Source: an uncultured delta proteobacterium
GTDB taxonomy: Bacteria; Myxococcota_A; Polyangia; Polyangiales; B10-G4
Length of the DNA stretch: 64,000 nt
Direction of reading: 5' to 3'
Assembly (NCBI GenBank): GCA_963727445.1
Contig: CAVSGI010000004.1
Location: forward strand, 192,001 to 256,000
Shown: piece after piece, positions 43,269 to 52,629 of the stretch
Numbering within the stretch: the stretch's first letter is position 1
Layout: each line of letters starts with the position of its first letter
Program-made: the position numbers and the translations under genes
The notes under the pieces: generated by a model
Told to the model about the DNA's origin: nothing
Databases searched by the model: none
Seen by the model: the letters and a program-made list of their open reading frames with translations, nothing else

Positions 43269-43297
43269 GTTCCCTCCAAGCGTTCCGCGGCGGAGGG

Positions 43298-43314
43298 AGC
43301 ACCGTTCGTGCCAT
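43298..43314 (-). promoter_or_regulatory. sigma54 -24/-12 promoter
   Basis: Minus strand ATGGCACGAACGGTGCT, followed by a GGAGGG RBS and ATG 43268. Confidence 0.55.
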
Positions 43315-43433
43315 CACGCTCTTGCCGAGATCCTCACGGGTTCGCGCGTGTCGGTTCGAAACCTACAGAATCGAAACATCACACACGTAACCACGAGTTC
43401 ACGCCAAAGAGGCGTGGAGGTGAACACGAAGGT

Positions 43434-45812
43434 TCAGCGACGCGATCGACGTCGAAAGAAAAGCGAAGAGGTGATGAATACGGCAAACGCCAGCGCGTCG
43501 AAGCGCGTCTCATCGCGACCGACGATGATGCAACCGCAACCGCCATCGCCCATCGGCGGTGCAACGGTGCCGGTGTCTGCATCGGGCGCGCCACCGTCGG
43601 CGCGGGGCACCCTCGCATCGGATGTGCCTGCGTCCTCGGAGACGCAGGTCGTGGCGCCCGCACCTCCGCTCAGCGTGATCGCGAGCCAGCCTTTCGGGCG
43701 ATTGAACCCGCGATCCGACAGATCGTCCCGCTTCTGTGCGACGGCGAGGAGCGTCGTCGTCTCGCCATCGGCGACGTCGAGGCAGAGCGTCAGGTCCGTT
43801 CCGTCGGACTCGGAGACGAGCGCACCGTCCCGATAGAGGCGCAGCACGTCGACGCCGATGGCTTCGGGATCCATCGCGTGGATGGTCAACGCTCGGGCGT
43901 CCGCGATCGTGTCTCCATCCGCGGCGCCGTCGATGCTCACCACCGGGCGCGTGGCGTAAGGCGCCAGCATCGGATCGCCGAGCACCAGGTTCTGCCAGTA
44001 CACGTTGGGCAGGTTGCGGTGATAGGCCTCGGCGAGGGTGGCGCCGTCGACGTATTGAGTGATCAGCGATCGCGCGGGGAACACCGAGTTGAGTGGCTCG
44101 TCGGTGGTGCCGTGAACGCCGCCCACACCGCGCGCGACCCAGCGCGCGATCGAGACCTGTCTCTCCATGGAGGGGTCGTCGAAGTTCTCGGGCACCGCGC
44201 CGAAGCTCGTCAGGTTGTCGACGAGCGCGCCCGGGGCGAAGTCGTTGCCCTCGATGGTGTCGCCGATGGTCGCCGTGCCGGTGAAGAAGGCCGCGAGGGT
44301 GTGACCGGTGAGGTCGGCGTCGAAAGGCACTTGGCGCGCATCGGTGTAGCCGCGATCCATCAGGTCGCTGATCACGCGCGGGTACTGGCCGTCGAGGGCC
44401 CCGCGCGCGGGGTCTCTTCCTTCCATGAAGAGGAACTCTCCTGCGGCGCCGCCCATCGCCTCCGCTTCGAGTGCGCTGTCGAGGAGCATCTCCGCCTCGC
44501 TGAAGGAGCGCCCGTGGAGCATCGTCACCAGCACCGGGCGGAAGTCGACGCCGCCAACGCTCTCTGCCCAGCCCGGCTCGAAGAGCCCACTGTGGAAGGG
44601 GTTGGCGAAGCGGGCGGCGTAGCAGGGCGTCCCGGTGCAATCCGCCGTGACGCCAGGCGCCTGACCGAGGAGGGCGGCTCCGTCCATGGTCGTGTCCCAG
44701 AGCCCGAGCGCGGCCGCGAGCGACACCCGTCGCGTGGTCGCCCCGTCCGGGATGCGCACCCTGAGGGGCACGCCGCGGATGACGAGCACGGCCTCGATGC
44801 GGTCGCGGACGCCTGCGGCCTCGAGGCACGCGCCCAGGGGCGTCAGGATCTGGTCGCGAAAGTCCGCGAGGTCGATGTCGATCACTGTGTCGATCGACAG
44901 AGCGCAGACCTGCCCCATGGGCACGTCGCGTTCGCGCGCGTAGCGCTCCGCGAGCGCGACCGACTCGGGGACGTCGGCGTTCGCCAACACCGCGGTCGTC
45001 GCGGGGCCGGGGACGGCGTAGGCCGCCGACGCGTGGGTGAGGGTGATGGCCGACAGGGCGAGGGCACCCGCGAGCGCCCGCCGGCGCCGCAACAGGAAGA
45101 GGAGCACCAGCATCGCGAGCGCCCAACCGCCCTCTGGCGGCAGAGCCGTCGTCGCACAACCGCCCGCGACGATCGTCTCCGGCGGGGGCGCGCCTTCGAC
45201 GCGGAGCGATTGGGAGATCACGCCGACGCGATCGCCCACGCTGGTGCCGTTGCCGTTGCCGCGGACCTCGGCTGCGTGGATCCACGCCGTACCCGCGCTC
45301 GGATCGGAAGGCGCGGTCCAGGTGAGGCGGCTGGTCCGCGCGCCACAGGCCCGCGCGATGGCGAGGGGCCGACCATCCGCCGTGGTCTGGAGCTCCGTCG
45401 CGCCCTCGGGGAGCATCCCCCCCTCGGCCCGGCAGCGCTCCTCGTCGGCGATCTCGCTGTCGGGCAGGAGCGAGAGCGTCCCGATGGCCCCGCCGTCTCG
45501 GTCCGTGACCTCGAGCACCATGCCTCGATCGCCATCGCTGAGGCCCATGTCGAAGGAGAGCTCGTAGCTCGCGCCCGGCCGGTAGCCTGCCTCGGGCAGC
45601 CCGCGCACCTCGAAGGGGATGTCGGGCTCGCCGTGACAGACGGCGCAGGTGAACCCGTCGTTCGGCGATCCGGTGAACCACCGTCCACCGCCCCCGCCCG
45701 CATCGGCGGCGAGGTCGAAGCGCCCCGGATCGGAAAAAGCGTGCGCCCGCGCCGGCCCGAGCGCGACCGTGAGCGCCGCGATCGCGACGAGAGGCAGCGC
45801 TCTCATGGGCAC
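43434..45812 (-). CDS. Composite surface protein: Reeler/choice-of-anchor-V-like domain + internal MYXO-CTERM-like segment + TIGR03790-like domain + C-terminal MYXO-CTERM
   Basis: Signal ending AHA; TCAVCH; internal GGC...LLFLLRRRR; VLANADVPESVALAERYA, GALVDNLTSFG, GTTDEP and WQNLVLGDPM; C-terminal GGCGC...FFRRRSRR. Confidence 0.7.
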   Translation of the reverse strand: MPMRALPLVAIAALTVALGPARAHAFSDPGRFDLAADAGGGGGRWFTGSPNDGFTCAVCHGEPDIPFEVRGLPEAGYRPGASYELSFDMGLSDGDRGMVLEVTDRDGGAIGTLSLLPDSEIADEERCRAEGGMLPEGATELQTTADGRPLAIARACGARTSRLTWTAPSDPSAGTAWIHAAEVRGNGNGTSVGDRVGVISQSLRVEGAPPPETIVAGGCATTALPPEGGWALAMLVLLFLLRRRRALAGALALSAITLTHASAAYAVPGPATTAVLANADVPESVALAERYARERDVPMGQVCALSIDTVIDIDLADFRDQILTPLGACLEAAGVRDRIEAVLVIRGVPLRVRIPDGATTRRVSLAAALGLWDTTMDGAALLGQAPGVTADCTGTPCYAARFANPFHSGLFEPGWAESVGGVDFRPVLVTMLHGRSFSEAEMLLDSALEAEAMGGAAGEFLFMEGRDPARGALDGQYPRVISDLMDRGYTDARQVPFDADLTGHTLAAFFTGTATIGDTIEGNDFAPGALVDNLTSFGAVPENFDDPSMERQVSIARWVARGVGGVHGTTDEPLNSVFPARSLITQYVDGATLAEAYHRNLPNVYWQNLVLGDPMLAPYATRPVVSIDGAADGDTIADARALTIHAMDPEAIGVDVLRLYRDGALVSESDGTDLTLCLDVADGETTTLLAVAQKRDDLSDRGFNRPKGWLAITLSGGAGATTCVSEDAGTSDARVPRADGGAPDADTGTVAPPMGDGGCGCIIVGRDETRFDALAFAVFITSSLFFRRRSRR

Positions 45813-46273
45813 GTCACCATCCGCCCGTGCGCCCAGTCGCGGATCGTGACGAAGTCGGGATCCTCTTTGCTTCGATAGACGTCCCGGCCGAGCTCGTCGC
45901 GACCCATGTGCCCGGCGCCGCCCGCTTCGATCGCCAGCGGCTTGCGCAGCAGCGGCGCGTCATCGACCGATTGCGCCCCGCCGAGCATCGAGCGCGCGCG
46001 ATCGTAGGTGAGAGCGATCTCGTCGTCGGTGGGGCCGTCGAGCTGCGGGGTCATCGGATCGAGGCGGGTGCGCCCCGGCGCGAAGACCTGAAAGGCCCGA
46101 TGCATGGTGCCGTGGCACGCAGGGAAGCCGCAGTCCCGCGCCAAGACCGGATAGACCTCGAGCTCGAAGGCGCACTGGTCCACGGGTGGGGGATGGGGCT
46201 CCGGGGCCGCGCCGACACAGGCGGTCGCCAGGGAGCTGAGGGCCAACAGAAGGAGGACGACCGAGCGCGACAT
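45803..46273 (-). CDS. Lipoprotein with CX4CH motif (cytochrome c-like)
   Basis: ATAC lipobox; FELEVYPVLARDCGFPACHG...LLRKPL...HMG...IRDW. Confidence 0.6.
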   Translation of the reverse strand: MSRSVVLLLLALSSLATACVGAAPEPHPPPVDQCAFELEVYPVLARDCGFPACHGTMHRAFQVFAPGRTRLDPMTPQLDGPTDDEIALTYDRARSMLGGAQSVDDAPLLRKPLAIEAGGAGHMGRDELGRDVYRSKEDPDFVTIRDWAHGRMVTCP

Positions 46274-46339
46274 CGCCGCCGATATGAAACGACGCCCCTC
46301 GGCTTTGTGCAAACGGGGGTGTGGAGTAGAGTAGGGCGC

Positions 46340-46555
46340 GTGAAGGCCTTCGCCCTGCTCCTGCTCGCGGCTCTCGCCGTCGCCGCCACCGGCTGCGTCA
46401 CCGTCAGCCCGTGGGAGCGCGAGGTCCTCGCTCGCCCCGACATGAGCTTCGAGGGCAACCGAACGGTCAGCACCGCCGAGGGCCACTCCTCCGAGACCCG
46501 GGAGGGCTCGGCCGGGGGGCTCGGATCCGGCGGCGGCGGCTGCGGCTGCAACTAG
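46340..46555 (+). CDS. DUF4266-family small lipoprotein
   Basis: GCVTVSPWEREVLARPDM...REGSAGGLGSGGGGCGCN signature. Confidence 0.85.
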   Translation: MKAFALLLLAALAVAATGCVTVSPWEREVLARPDMSFEGNRTVSTAEGHSSETREGSAGGLGSGGGGCGCN

Positions 46556-46706
46556 ACACGCTCCCCCGAGGTCCCAGCGGGGACTGATGACTCCAATCCC
46601 CATCCGGGTCTGGGGATCCCCCAACGGCTGGTGACCCCGTGCCCCAAAAGGGCCCCCGAGTGCGGACGCGAGGCCGCAATCTGGCGTGTTAAGGAGCCTG
46701 TGAGCT

Positions 46707-46723
46707 TCGGCACGATGGCTGCA
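46707..46723 (+). promoter_or_regulatory. sigma54 -24/-12 promoter
   Basis: TCGGCACGATGGCTGCA (GG-N10-GC), 19 nt before ATG 46743. Confidence 0.55.
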
Positions 46724-46742
46724 CTTACAGCCACCAGAGCCG

Positions 46743-47918
46743 ATGATTGGACCCCGCACACTCACTGCCGTCCTCGCCTTGGCCCTGGGCTGTAACGCCG
46801 GAACCATCGCGATGGAGCGGCTTCCTTATGACGGTGGAGCCGACTCCGGTTCCACCATGGACGAGGACGCCATGGTCATCGAGGAGATGGCCGCGCGCGA
46901 CCTCTTCGATAGCACTGTGCTCCCACTCCTCGAGTCGAACTGCGTCTCGTGTCACGGCGAGAGCGGCTCGGTGGTGGGATACCGCTTCCTCACGCCGGAT
47001 CCCGACATCTATACGTCGGTCACCAGCTGGCCGGCGCTCGTCAGCCGCGCCAATCCGACCTCTAGCCGCATCCTGACGCTGGACAGCACGCACCCGGGCC
47101 CCGAGTGGAGCACCACCCAGGCCGACACCGTGCAGCGCTGGCTCGAGCGCGAGGGCGAGGAGTATGCCGGCAGCGGTGAGGAGCCCGACCTCATCACCGA
47201 CGCGAAGGTGCTCGAGGCAGGTCTCAACCTCTTCCCCCTCGACGTCCTCGGCCTGCCCGGGAGCCAGCTCAGCCTCACCGCCGAGCCCACCCCCGCGGGT
47301 TGGTACCTGTCCAACATCGAGGTGAACGCCGGCGCCGACGGCGTCCGCATGTCGCATCCGGTCATCATCCAATGGGTCGACGGAGACGCGACGGTCGATC
47401 CGAGCGATCGCTTCGCGGGCATGGACGTGGTCGCCCCCGCCTACACCCGGGTCGCCGTGGGCGGCGGCACCGCGAGCCTCTCGGGTCTGCCCGACGGCGC
47501 GAGCATCAGCTGGCACTTCGACGCCGCGGGCCCCGAGTCGGGTGGCACCGGCGGTGGCGACGGCGGCGTGGGCGGCGGTGACGCCGGCATGGGCACGACC
47601 ACCGGTGGCTGTACGGCGCTTCCCTCCTTCACGGCGAACGTGCGCCCGCAGCTGATGATGTACTGCACGAGCTGCCACGACGGCAGCAACCCCGACGCGA
47701 TGTCGGCCGTCGACATGTCGAACGTCGCCGATAGCAGCGACTCGGCGCAGGCGCTGGCCTGCGGCCAGATCCTCTCGCGCTCCCGCGGCGCGACCCCGTC
47801 CATTCTCCTCGCGCCCGATTCCACTGGGGGTCTGGCGCACCCGTTCCGGCTGAGCTCGTTCCAGCTGGCGACGTTCAGCGCGGCGATCACCGATTGGGTC
47901 GCCATGGAGGCTCCCTGA
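46743..47918 (+). CDS. Di-heme c-type cytochrome lipoprotein
   Basis: ALGC lipobox; CVSCH and CTSCH, each in an F..V.P.L...CxxCH context. Confidence 0.7.
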   Translation: MIGPRTLTAVLALALGCNAGTIAMERLPYDGGADSGSTMDEDAMVIEEMAARDLFDSTVLPLLESNCVSCHGESGSVVGYRFLTPDPDIYTSVTSWPALVSRANPTSSRILTLDSTHPGPEWSTTQADTVQRWLEREGEEYAGSGEEPDLITDAKVLEAGLNLFPLDVLGLPGSQLSLTAEPTPAGWYLSNIEVNAGADGVRMSHPVIIQWVDGDATVDPSDRFAGMDVVAPAYTRVAVGGGTASLSGLPDGASISWHFDAAGPESGGTGGGDGGVGGGDAGMGTTTGGCTALPSFTANVRPQLMMYCTSCHDGSNPDAMSAVDMSNVADSSDSAQALACGQILSRSRGATPSILLAPDSTGGLAHPFRLSSFQLATFSAAITDWVAMEAP

Positions 47919-49162
47919 TGAAGCGACTTCTCGAGGCCCTCGCGCTCACCGGTGTCATCGCCGGGCTCGGCTGCCAGGGTGGCGTGTCGGGCTCTGCGCG
48001 CGACGCGGTGCCGGATGCGACCCCCGACCCCGCGAGCGATCCCGGGACGTCCGACACCCCCGCCGACGGCGTGGTCGCCGACGACACCACCGGGACCGAC
48101 GACACCACGCCCGACTGGGCGGCCGGTGAGCTCTCGCCCGAGTGGCAGGGGCGCCTCGACGACCGGGACCTCGACTACGGCGCCGCGCTGCGGACCGCGT
48201 CCCTTCGTCTGCGCGGCGACCTGCCGACGCTCCTCGAGATCCGCATGCTCGACGAAGCCACCGACCAGGCGTCGGTCTACCGCTCCTTTCTCGAGTCCTT
48301 CATCACCGACGATCGCTTCATCCCGCAGATCCGGAACTACTTCCGCGACACCTTCAAGATGGGCCGCGGCGACCTCGACACCGCCCCGCTCTTCGCCGCC
48401 GAGCTCGCGGTGGAGGGACGGAGCATGACCGAGCTCTTCACCGCGACGAACGGCACCTGCCCCACGATGCAGGACGAAGCCATCGTCCCCGCCGATTGCG
48501 ACAACGGCGTCCCCACCCACGCCGGCATCCTCACCAACCCGGCGGTGATGCGGCACTTCAACAGCAACCTGGCGTTCCGCCGGGTGCGCTGGGTGCAGGA
48601 GACCTTCGCCTGCAACGCCTTCCCCGCCGAGCTCGGCGACCCCATCGACATCGGAGGCGCGGCTCCCTACACCGCGCCGTGGCCCTTCGAGAGCATCGCG
48701 GGCGCCGACACGGGCGGGCGCATCGACTTCCACGACATCGAGAGCGTCACCTGCGCGAACTGCCACGCGACGATGAACCACCAGGCCCCGCTCTTCGGAC
48801 ACTTCGACGCCGACGGCCGCTGGAGCGACTCCATCGCCGTCACCCTGCCGAGCGATGGATCGCCCCTGGTCGCCATGTCGGACTGGCTCCCGGACGGCGA
48901 GACCACCGCGTGGCGCTTCGGTGTGCCGGCGGCCGACCTGCCTGCCTTCGGCGCAGCGATGGCCGCGGACCGCGACGTGCACCGCTGCACCGTCTCCCGC
49001 GCCTGGAACTGGGCGATGGGGAAGGGAGACATCGTGCTGACCCGCGCGGCGGTTCCGGACGAGGTCATCGACACCATGGTCGACGACTACATCGCATCGG
49101 GGCACCGCATGGACCAGCTGCTCCTCGCCATCTTCACCTCCGACGACTTCGTCAACTTCTGA
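47918..49162 (+). CDS. Lipoprotein with heme-c motif (PSCyt/DUF1588-like)
   Basis: GLGC lipobox; LRTASLRLRGDLPT, HAGILT, FRRVRWVQETFAC and CANCHATMN. Confidence 0.6.
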   Translation: MKRLLEALALTGVIAGLGCQGGVSGSARDAVPDATPDPASDPGTSDTPADGVVADDTTGTDDTTPDWAAGELSPEWQGRLDDRDLDYGAALRTASLRLRGDLPTLLEIRMLDEATDQASVYRSFLESFITDDRFIPQIRNYFRDTFKMGRGDLDTAPLFAAELAVEGRSMTELFTATNGTCPTMQDEAIVPADCDNGVPTHAGILTNPAVMRHFNSNLAFRRVRWVQETFACNAFPAELGDPIDIGGAAPYTAPWPFESIAGADTGGRIDFHDIESVTCANCHATMNHQAPLFGHFDADGRWSDSIAVTLPSDGSPLVAMSDWLPDGETTAWRFGVPAADLPAFGAAMAADRDVHRCTVSRAWNWAMGKGDIVLTRAAVPDEVIDTMVDDYIASGHRMDQLLLAIFTSDDFVNF

Positions 49163-49902
49163 TGCTGGCCATGATGATGAAGAACACCCGATACCTCGTC
49201 CTCGCCGCGCTCCTGGTCGCCTGTGGTCAGGGCAGCGAAAGTGGTCGCGACGACTATCTGTCGCCGACCGATCCCGAAGCCGCCGCCGCCACCGGCACGG
49301 CGCCGGGGAGCGAAGAAGGCGGCGCCGCCAGCGGAACCGAGAGCACCTTCGACCACCCCGCGGCCCTCGGCGGCTCGGCGGTGACCGCGCGCGAGGCCCT
49401 CGAGCGCATGGCCGAAGAGGGACCCCCCGGCTACACCGCGCGCATCCACGGCTGCCGGAAGATGCCGTACCGCACCCTCGGCCGCGTGCTCGCCGGTCTC
49501 GGCGTGAACCTCGACGCAATGGGTGAGACCGACGCTGGCAACATGTGGCGCCGGTCGGACCAGGCGCTCGGCGCCGCCAACTACGGCGCTCGCATCGGCG
49601 AGAGCACCGAGGTCACGGTCTCCGTCGCCTCGCGCACCTTCGACATCCTCGTCCAGGCCGCCCCGGAGGTCATCGCCAACCTTCCGAGCGTCGAGCGCTG
49701 CATGATCGGTGGCGTCGGCGTGAGCGTCTTCGACGGTGCGGGTCACTGCACCCGTGATGGCCTCAGCTGCCTCCTCGGCGAGCCCGCGAGCGATGTCGTC
49801 GTCGCCCAGTGTGACGACGTGGTGCGACGCGCCGCCGACCCCGCCCAGGGGCAGGCAATCGCGGTCGCCTCTCTTCTCTCTGCTGCCCACACCTGCGAAT
49901 GA
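49162..49902 (+). CDS. Hypothetical Cys-containing lipoprotein
   Basis: LVAC lipobox; coupled to both neighbours by overlapping stop/start codons. Confidence 0.6.
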   Translation: MLAMMMKNTRYLVLAALLVACGQGSESGRDDYLSPTDPEAAAATGTAPGSEEGGAASGTESTFDHPAALGGSAVTAREALERMAEEGPPGYTARIHGCRKMPYRTLGRVLAGLGVNLDAMGETDAGNMWRRSDQALGAANYGARIGESTEVTVSVASRTFDILVQAAPEVIANLPSVERCMIGGVGVSVFDGAGHCTRDGLSCLLGEPASDVVVAQCDDVVRRAADPAQGQAIAVASLLSAAHTCE

Positions 49903-51305
49903 GGACGAAAGACATGAGCACCAAGAAAGAAAGAGAGAGAAAGCGTCGCGTCGGGCGCCGTGCGCTCATGAAGTGGAGCCTGGCTGCGGGTGCGGCCTTC
50001 GGTCTGCCCCAGTGGAAGGTCTTCGAGGTCCTGGAGATGACCGGCGGCAAGGCCCTCGCCGACGACGCCTCCTGCGCGACCACAAACCGCTCGGTGCACA
50101 TCGTCGCCGGCCGCGGCGGCTTCGCCTGGTTCACGCTTCTGTGGCCGCACAACGACATCGCCGCCGCCCGCAACTCGAGCTTCGCCTGGCACGCCATCGG
50201 CGAAGAGATGATGGCGGAGGACACCCACAAGCCCCTCACCCTCGGGCCCCACACGCCGTGGCAGTCCCTGCCCGGCGGCCGTCAGGTCACCTGCCTCATG
50301 GGCGGCACCAACGAGACGCATACCAACACCCCCGCGACGACCGAGCGCGTCTCCATGAACAACGGGCTCTTCGCCACCTGCGCGGCCATCCAGACCGCCA
50401 GCCCCACCGTGGTGCCGGTCATCGCCGTGGACGACGCGCCCTACCGCGGCGCCGAGGGCTCGCCCCGCGTGGCGCGCGTCGGGAGCGCGAACGACATCGT
50501 CTCCCTCTTCAACGCCGCGGCCTCGCGCGCGGGCGGCCTGCTCAGCAATCCTCAGAACGCCGAGCTCTACTCGAACGCCTACAGCGCGTTCCTCAGCCTT
50601 CGCGCCGCCGCCGGTCGCGAGACCATGCGCGCCGGACACGCGGCGGCCACGCGCTCGGCGCAGCTCCTCGGCCAGAACCTCGCCGACCGGCTCCGCCCGA
50701 CCGACGAGGACTTCGCCCGCTACGGCATCGACGCCGGGAGCCGCACCGAGAACCGCAACCTGGCGCGCGGTCTCATCGTCACCGCCAAGGCCTTCTCCCT
50801 CGGTCTCACCTCCTCGGTGATCCTCCCGGCGTTCCGCGACGACCCCCACGGCGCCTTCGCCGACATGGGGAACCTCACCAACACCGTGAGCACGTTGCAG
50901 CGCACCCTCGACGCCTTCATGGGCGACCTCGACGCGGTCGACGACCCGACCTGCTCGGGCACCTCCATCGGTGACAACACCGTGATCTCCATCCACGGCG
51001 ACACCCCGAAGAACCCGCTCCAGCGCGCCAACTGGCCCGACGGAACCCCGGGCAACGCCAACTGGACCTACGTCCTCGGCGCTGGCTATCTGAAGACCGG
51101 CTGGTTCGGCGGCATCAATCGCGGCGGCAACGTCACGACCTACAATCCCACCACCGGCGAAGACAGCGGCTCGAACACCGGCAACACCGCCGAGTCCTCG
51201 GCCGCCGCTGTCACCTACTGCGTGGCCCGAGGCGACATGCGCCGGGTGAACGACTTCTACAGCGGTGCGGACATCAACGGGCTGGTCTCGGACGCGACGG
51301 TCTGA
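49899..51305 (+). CDS. Tat-exported DUF1501/DUF1552-like protein
   Basis: Twin-arginine VGRRALMKWSLAAGAAFGL; DDPHGAF; last gene of the four-gene operon. Confidence 0.6.
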   Translation: MRTKDMSTKKERERKRRVGRRALMKWSLAAGAAFGLPQWKVFEVLEMTGGKALADDASCATTNRSVHIVAGRGGFAWFTLLWPHNDIAAARNSSFAWHAIGEEMMAEDTHKPLTLGPHTPWQSLPGGRQVTCLMGGTNETHTNTPATTERVSMNNGLFATCAAIQTASPTVVPVIAVDDAPYRGAEGSPRVARVGSANDIVSLFNAAASRAGGLLSNPQNAELYSNAYSAFLSLRAAAGRETMRAGHAAATRSAQLLGQNLADRLRPTDEDFARYGIDAGSRTENRNLARGLIVTAKAFSLGLTSSVILPAFRDDPHGAFADMGNLTNTVSTLQRTLDAFMGDLDAVDDPTCSGTSIGDNTVISIHGDTPKNPLQRANWPDGTPGNANWTYVLGAGYLKTGWFGGINRGGNVTTYNPTTGEDSGSNTGNTAESSAAAVTYCVARGDMRRVNDFYSGADINGLVSDATV

Positions 51306-51328
51306 GTTTCGCGGTGTAACCTGCGCGG

Positions 51329-52604
51329 ATGCGCGCTCGGGTGCTCGCGACGGCGCTCGCTCTGATGGCTCTCGCCGCTTGTGACGAGCCGGACCGGGGA
51401 GCGCCTGCCGCCCCGGTCGCCTCCGCGCACGAGGCGGCACCTCTGCGTCCGCCGCCTCCGGTCGTGCTCTGGGTCGGGGGCGACGTGCTTCCTTCGGGCC
51501 CCTTTCGCCGTGTTCTCGAGGCAGAGGGTCATCCGGCGGAGGCGCTCGCGGAGGTGATCGCGCCGACGATGAAGGTGATCGGGGACGACTTCGTGCTGGT
51601 GAACATGGAGGCGCCTGTCGCCGAGGAGGTGCGCGTAGACAACGACGCGTTCCTCGCGACCAAGCAGGGGCCCCGGCGCGTGCGCACCCCCTTGAACGCG
51701 CCTGCCTATTTCCTCGAGGGCCTCGCCCGCGCCGGAGTCGACGCGGTGATGCTCGCCAACAATCACACCCTCGACCAGACACGCGAAGGTCTCGGCGAGA
51801 CCATCGAATCAGGCGGAGCGACGCGGGCTGATCGTGACCGGCGCCGGACGCGCCCCCGATCTCGTGTGGCCCATCGTGTTGGGAGACGACGCGAGCTCGA
51901 TGGCGGTGCTCGCCTATTTCGAGCGCGATCTTCCGGAGCCGAACCTCGAGGCGGGGGAGCCGGGCGTGAGCGTCCTCGGCCCGCAGGCGGTAGAGGACGT
52001 GCGGAGGGAGCGCGCCGCCCACCAAGCGGTGGTGGTGGTCGTGCACGTGGTCTACGAGCTCCGCACGCGCATCAAGCCCGAGTGGCGGCGTTGGGCGCGA
52101 GCGCTGGTGGACGCCGGAGCCGACGCGATCATCGTCCACGGACAGCACGTGCCCACCGCGGTCGAGCACATCGACGCGGCCGATGGGCGGCGCGCGGTGG
52201 TGGCCTGGGGCATCGGCAACTTCGTCTCGGACATGGGCAGCCGCGCCCGTCCCGGGCGCGACCTTCCCGAGGACGCACAGAAGTGGGATCTGCCCCATAC
52301 CCGCGAGGGCCTGGTCGCGCGCGTCGAGCTCATGGACGGCGCGGTGCGCACGAGCCTATTGCCGATCTTCGTGACCTCCACCGCGTATCTCGTCTACAAC
52401 CGCGTGCTCGACGCTCCGCCTCGATATTCGCTCGTCCCCCTGTCGGGGTGCGGGCCGGCCACGGCGCTCCCCGAGCAGTGGCCCGAGCCGTTTCGCAGCG
52501 ACATTCGCGAGTGGCACGACGAGCGGCGCGATCATCTGCTGAGGGCCACGCGCCTCGCGGAGGCTCCCTGCGAGCCCGGAGAGCCGCGGCCGCTGCGTCC
52601 CTGA
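51329..52604 (+). CDS. CapA (PGA_cap) metallophosphatase-family lipoprotein (frameshift ~51820)
   Basis: GGDV, VNMEAP, LANNHTLD, AGADAIIVHGQHV and WGIGNFV across two frames. Confidence 0.78.
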
Positions 52605-52629
52605 CCCGCGTGTGGCAACATAGGGGCAC

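Noticed and set aside
43308..45878. Long antisense ORFs (also 1809..3980, 9196..11310, 16099..18237, 49743..52298)
   Set aside because: These are shadow ORFs expected at high GC opposite well-supported genes, with no recognisable motifs.
46556..46700. Structured ncRNA or riboswitch in the intergenic region
   Set aside because: Only short hairpins (e.g. GTCCC-AGCG-GGGAC) are visible and I recognise no family motif; an Infernal/Rfam search would be needed.
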